From Cyanophora paradoxa CCMP329 (taxonomy: Eukaryota; Plantae; Glaucophyta), in the NCBI GenBank assembly GCA_004431415.1, contig QPMI01000668.1:1-64000 (forward strand): a stretch of DNA of 64,000 bases, read 5' to 3'. A model generated the notes under the pieces. It was not told where the DNA came from, ran no database searches, and worked only from the letters and a program-made list of their open reading frames with translations. Below are positions 59,079 through 64,000 of this stretch, piece by piece. Every line of letters starts with the position of its first letter. Position 1 is the first letter of the stretch. Position numbers and translations under genes: made by a program.

Positions 59079-62044
59079 GATGCAAGAGGTCCTCGAGTTG
59101 CACGCACGATCCTCTCGCGCGGATCCGGAGGAAGAGGAAGACGAATCGGAAGGCCGGCCGCACAAGAAGCAGATCCCTGCTGCCGGAGGGGATGACCGGA
59201 TATCCGAGGAAGAGGATGAATCGCGTGCGTGCCTAGGCCTGTCTGCCTTAGAGCGGCAGGGGCGCGCAGCTCTGATGGGGGCGCGCGCGCGCGAGCGGCT
59301 ACAGCCATGCGGCCGACGCTGCAGCGGCGGGTCGCTATTCGGGCGTCTGTCATCAACGAGACGGTTCTCCGCATGGGGGTCCGCGCCGCGACCCCGCGCC
59401 AGCGAGCCGCGCTGACCGCTCCGCTTCCGCGCCGACGCGCGCCAGGCGCTCAACGTGGAGGATGTGCCCACGGTGGTGCAGGAGGAGGCCCCGCGGGCGC
59501 CGTTCTTCGCGCGGCCGCGGCCGCCCAGGCGGCGGGCGCCGCCGAGCGGGGCGGAGCAGCGGGACTCGGCGCTGCAGACGGCCCTCGCCGAGCTCTGCTG
59601 CTGCGCCCTCCCCCAGAGGGTGCCCCCGCGCCCCCAGCGACCCCCCGGCCCCTCCTCCCTCACCCGGGGCGCACGCTCCGCAGGCCGCCCCCCCGTTCCG
59701 GGCGTCGCCGGAGGAGGCGAAGGCGCTCCTGCTCGACCTGGAGGCCCACGCCGCCGCCCTGCGCGCGGCGGCCGCGGCCGCCGCGGCCCCGGCGGGAGGC
59801 GTCGACAGCTTGACGCTCCCCGAGGCGCAGGCCTCGCTCGCCACCGTGCGCGCGCCCCGCGAGCGCTGCCGCGCGGGGCGGCGAGGGGCCCTCGGCAGGC
59901 GCTCTGCGACGCGCGGCTGTGCGGGACGGAGCTCTTCCGCACCTTCCTCGGGCGCCGCCGCCTGCGCGGCTACCTCGGCCTCCTCCGCTCCTCCGGGCCC
60001 CCCGGCGCCCGCCTCGTGCCCCGCCCCCGCGCCCTCCCCCCGCCACCGCCGCGCGGCGGGGCCGAGCGGTGGCGCGCAGGTGAAGGCAGTGGCGCGGTGC
60101 CTGGCGGGGGCGCTGGCGAGCCCGCTGCCGGCGGCGCCGGACCTGGAGGAGGGGGCGCGGGGGCCCTCGGCGGGGGCGCGGGGGCGGCGTGGGCGGAGGA
60201 GGACGTGGAGGCCCTCGCCGAGAGCGCCACCGCCTTCCTCGAGGCGCGCCGGGCGGGCGGGGCGGGCGGGGCCGGCGGGGGGCGCTGAGGCGGGCCGGCG
60301 CAGGCGTTCACGACGAGCGCCGTGCGCATGGACCCGCACCTCTTCGACCTCGAGGAGGGCCCCGCCCTCCAGGCCCGCCCCCGCCCCGCCCCGCACCCTC
60401 CCCCGGCCCGGCCCGGCCCGAGCCCCGCGCGCGCAGCTGGCGACGCGCGTCGGCGAGTTCGCGCAGCCGTTCGAGGTGCGCGCGCGGGGCGGGGCCTCGG
60501 GGGCCGGGGCCGAGCGGGAGCGGGGCGGGGGCAGCGGACGGGGCGGGGGACGTGGGCGAAGGCGGCGTACCTGCGCGCCCTCGCCCTCCGCCTCTTCGAG
60601 CACCGCCACGAGGCCGTCCACGCCTACTACCAGGCCCGCCCCGCCCTCCCCCGCCCCGCCGCCCCTCCCGCCTCCCCCAACGCACCTGGGGCAGGCGTGG
60701 GCGGGGCTGCGGGGGGCGCAGCTGGTGCCGTGCCCGCTGGAGGCCCGCCTCATCCCCGACCTCGCCGACCTCCTCTGTCCGCCCCGCCCCGCCCCGCCCC
60801 GCCCCGGTGCCGGCTCGGGCGCTGAGCGAGCGGGCGGGGGCTGCGGGGGCAGTCGAGACCTTCCGCCACCGGGAGGCTTTCCACGGTGCCCCCGGCCCCC
60901 GCCATGCCCGTCCCCTCCCTCGCGCCGAGCCGGGCGCGCGCTGGCAGTGGCGCAGGCGGGGTACGAGCTGGGGGGGGACCCCGAGGCGGCCGCCCTGTCC
61001 CGCTACCGCCTCGAGATGACCCTCAGCGCGCCCCGTCCCCGCCCCGCCCCGCCCCGCCCCGCCCCCGCTCACCTCGCCCAAGGCGCCGTGCGGCGGTGGA
61101 AGGGGGACGCGGGGGCGGCCGAGCGCCACGCCGCGCGCGCAGTCGAGGTCGCCGAGGCCCTCGGCCCGGGCTACCGGCGCGCCCGCCCTCGCCCCCTCCC
61201 TCCTCCCTCCCTCTTCCGCCGTGACCGGCGGGCGGGCGGGCGGGCGGGCGCAGGCAGCTGCTCGTACAACCGCTCTTCGCGCTCATGATCCTCGGCGTCC
61301 ACCGCAGTGCGTCGCCTTTTAACCCATTTCAATCCGAGAAGCCGCCCCGCGCCGGCGCCGGCGCCTGCCGGGGGGAGCTGACGGGGCGGGGCCCCCGCCG
61401 GGGCGCGCAGTGTCCCCCGAGACGACGCGGGACCGGCTCGTGCGGTGCGCCTGCCAGCCGCGCAGCGCCCCCCGCCTCCGCCGAGCGCCTCCGCGCGGGG
61501 CAGGGTGACGGGGGCGATGGTGGCGCTCGAGGAGGGGGCGGACGGGGCGGACCCCGACCCCTGCCTCCCCGACCTCGACCAGGTCCCCGCCGGCCCCGCC
61601 TGCCGCCTCCCCTCCGTCCCGCCCCCCCCGCTCGCTCGCTCACCGCCGCCCTCGGGCTGGGGCGGGGCAGCCGTCGTGCCTGCGCTACTCGCTGGCCTTC
61701 AACCCGCCCTCGCTCCTCATCAACGGCTCCAAGGCCTACGCCGTCGCCGCCCAGGCGCGCGCAGGCCTCCCACCCCGCCCCGCCCCGCCCGGCGCCGCGC
61801 CGCCCCGAGCGGGGCGGGGCAGCACTCGGAGGGGGCGCGGGCGAGCGTCGTCTCGGCGCACGTCTTCTACAACCTGGGGGAGTACCACCTCCTCGCCGGT
61901 CCGCCACCGCCGCGCCCCCCGCCCCCCCCACGTGCACCTGAGACGCCTCCCCCCGGCGCAGGGGACCTGGCGTCGGCGACGAAGGCCTTCGAGAAGTGCG
62001 CCGCCGTGTACGGCGGCCGCTACGCCCACTCCTTCCCCCTCGAG

Positions 62045-62083
<39 letters not shown>

Positions 62084-62661
62084 CCGCCCCGTGGGAGGGT
62101 CTGAGGCGGGGGGCAGCACCCGCGGCGGCGGCGGGTGGTGGAAGTGCTTGCGCAGCTGCGGCGCGGCGAGGAGCCGGCCTCGCGCTACGCGCCATTTGCC
62201 GCCGCCCGCGCCACCGCCTCGCCGGAGCCGTCCCCCACCGGCTCGCCCCACTCCGACCCCTCCGCCTCCCCGCCCCCCGCCCCCGCCGCCGGCCCCGCCC
62301 TCCCCGACCCCGCCCTCACCCCGCCCCCGCCGCATGCCCTGCCGCGGACTGCGGCCCGCGGCCAGCCTCGCAGCCGCCCGCGGCGGAGGGGCCGGCACCC
62401 GCGCAGCCGCCCTGCGAGCAGACGCCGCCTCAGGGGCAGGGCGGGTGTGGCGGCGAGGCGGAGTGCGGGGGCGGGGCGCCGGCCCCGTGGGCGCCCCCCG
62501 CGATGCCGCCGGCGCTGCGCGAGCAGATGCAGGGGCAGCAGGGGCGGCGCGAGGCTGCGGGGGCCGTGGTGCAGTGCGTCAATGTCCAGCCAGCGCAGCA
62601 GCTGCTCGCCGCGCTGTGGCGCCGCCCCGAGGAGCCCCCCGAACCCGACCCCCGCCCGTAG
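59079..62661 (+). CDS. TPR-like helical-repeat protein, multi-exon
   Basis: GDAGAAERHAARAVEVAEAL; SAHVFYNLGEYHLLA|GDLASATKAFEKCAAVY; host-type GC introns. Confidence 0.5.
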
Positions 62662-63375
62662 CAACCGATCGCGAGCCGCGAGAGCGTAGCGCCTCAGGAA
62701 CTCCAGGAACAGAGCTAGCCTAGAAGCGCCAGGACCCAGAGCCAGATCTAGAGCTGAGTATTCAATAGAGTATGAGTCTCAGAGTCTTTAGCAACGTTAC
62801 CAACCCGGTGATCATGACCGGCCCAGCTAGAAGTTCGACATCGAAAATTCGGCAGTGATCATGATCGTGATCATGATCATGAATCTTGAATGTTCATGGC
62901 TCGTAACGGGGCGACGGTTGCGCGTGCCCTCGGCCTCGACCGTCGGACGTCACGGCCCCCGGAGCGCCGCCGGGGCCGCACCCCGGGCCTCGGGCCGGCA
63001 ACATCCGGGCCTCGGCCCTCGAGCCCCTCACCAGTGAGTCGCCACGCCCACTGGGCCAGTGGCATCGTACGGCCGCGGGCCCCGGGCGTGGCACCGCACC
63101 TCGGACCGTCGGACCGCGGGGATCGATCACTGCGCGCAGCTTCGCTGCGGCCGCGGCGGGCCCGGGCCATTGGGTACATCAGCGGCTCATGATCATGATC
63201 AGATGCGGAAGGCGCCGCATGCAACGAGTGCCCACCCTGCCACGCACGGCAGCTGCCCCTACACGGATACTGAAAGCTGCGCATGCTGGGCGCGGCGGGC
63301 CAACAGCTGCTCATCATCGGTGACTGTACGCAATTAGTTAGAGAGCGTGCAGCGAGAGAGCTCTGGCATGTGGAG

Positions 63376-64000
63376 CTAGGAGGAGGGCCCGGCGAGCTCG
63401 GCGGGGGCGGGGCCGGCGCCCTCGAGGCGGCGGCAGAGGGCGCCGGCGAGGGTGGCGGCGAGGCGCGCGGCGCGCGCCTGCAGCGCCGCGAGCTCCCCTG
63501 CGCCGCGAGTGAGCGCCTCGACGGGAGAGGGGCGGGGGCGGGGGCGCGGCACCGGGCGGGAGGCCCTCGGCGGCGGCCTCCACTGCCGCCTCGGCGGCGG
63601 CGACGGCGGCGAGGGGTCGGGCGGGGGCGGCCCCCCGCGGCGGGCGGGGCGCCCGGCGACGGGCTCCGCGGGATCTTGTTGCACGCGCGCCGCCCCGCCG
63701 CCGTCGCCGGGGCGGGGCCCCCGTCGCCCTTCTCCGCCGCGAGGGGCGGCGACGAGGCCTCCGCCCTGCGCGCGCGCCCTCAGAGGGGGGCCGGCGGGGC
63801 GGGGAGGGGGCGAGGGGGCGCGGCGGACCCCTCGAAGCAGACGCGGCGGGCCTTCACGGGGGGAGATGGGTCTGCCTCCCCCTCCGCCGCTGCCGGGGGT
63901 GCGTGCGCCTGAGCGGAGGGCCGCGCAGGCGAGGCGCCAGGGGCCCACACGCGCGCACCCTCCTCGGGCGGCGGGCACCGCTTCAGAATGCTGCGCGGGC
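63376..64000 (-). CDS. 3' exons of an unidentified host gene (continues beyond the window)
   Basis: Terminal exon ELAALQARAARLAATLAGALCRRLEG...stop, with host-type introns. Confidence 0.3.
   Translation of the reverse strand, partial: PAQHSEAVPAARGGCARVGPWRLACAALRSGARTPGSGGGGGRPISPREGPPRLLRGVRRAPSPPPRPAGPPLRARAQGGGLVAAPRGGEGRRGPRPGDGGGAARVQQDPAEPVAGRPARRGGPPPPDPSPPSPPPRRQWRPPPRASRPVPRPRPRPSPVEALTRGAGELAALQARAARLAATLAGALCRRLEGAGPAPAELAGPSS

Noticed and set aside
62036-62090. Poly-C run as a functional element
   Set aside because: It lies in a host intron, and homopolymer length is unreliable in assemblies.

Overview
Eukaryotic genomic DNA with many short spliceosomal introns. The host genes are very GC-rich, consistent with a GC-rich alga or protist; a glaucophyte-like host is only a guess. 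There are three zones. (1) 1-~11,190: an 11-kb non-coding TIR element with ~107-bp subterminal repeat arrays, a giant internal inverted repeat, GC minisatellites and a ~700-bp tandem unit. (2) ~11,193-43,880: a markedly lower-GC, intron-containing giant Helitron2/Helentron-type rolling-circle element (DUF6570, HUH Rep, PIF1 helicase). Its cargo resembles a SUMO-manipulation kit: two Ulp1/C48 protease domains, a USP/USPL1-like protease domain and five SP-RING (zf-MIZ) SUMO E3-ligase-like genes. It also carries an OB-fold/RPA-like gene, a virus-type nucleotidyltransferase, a duplicated orphan gene and a nested 1.9-kb CAC-ended TIR element. (3) 43,880-64,000: host genes (RING plus pseudokinase, F-box, erythromycin-esterase family, lpxK, TPR-like) and a 2-kb poly(A)-tailed retroposon with a 15-bp TSD. 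All protein calls come from motif recognition by eye, and exon boundaries are approximate.
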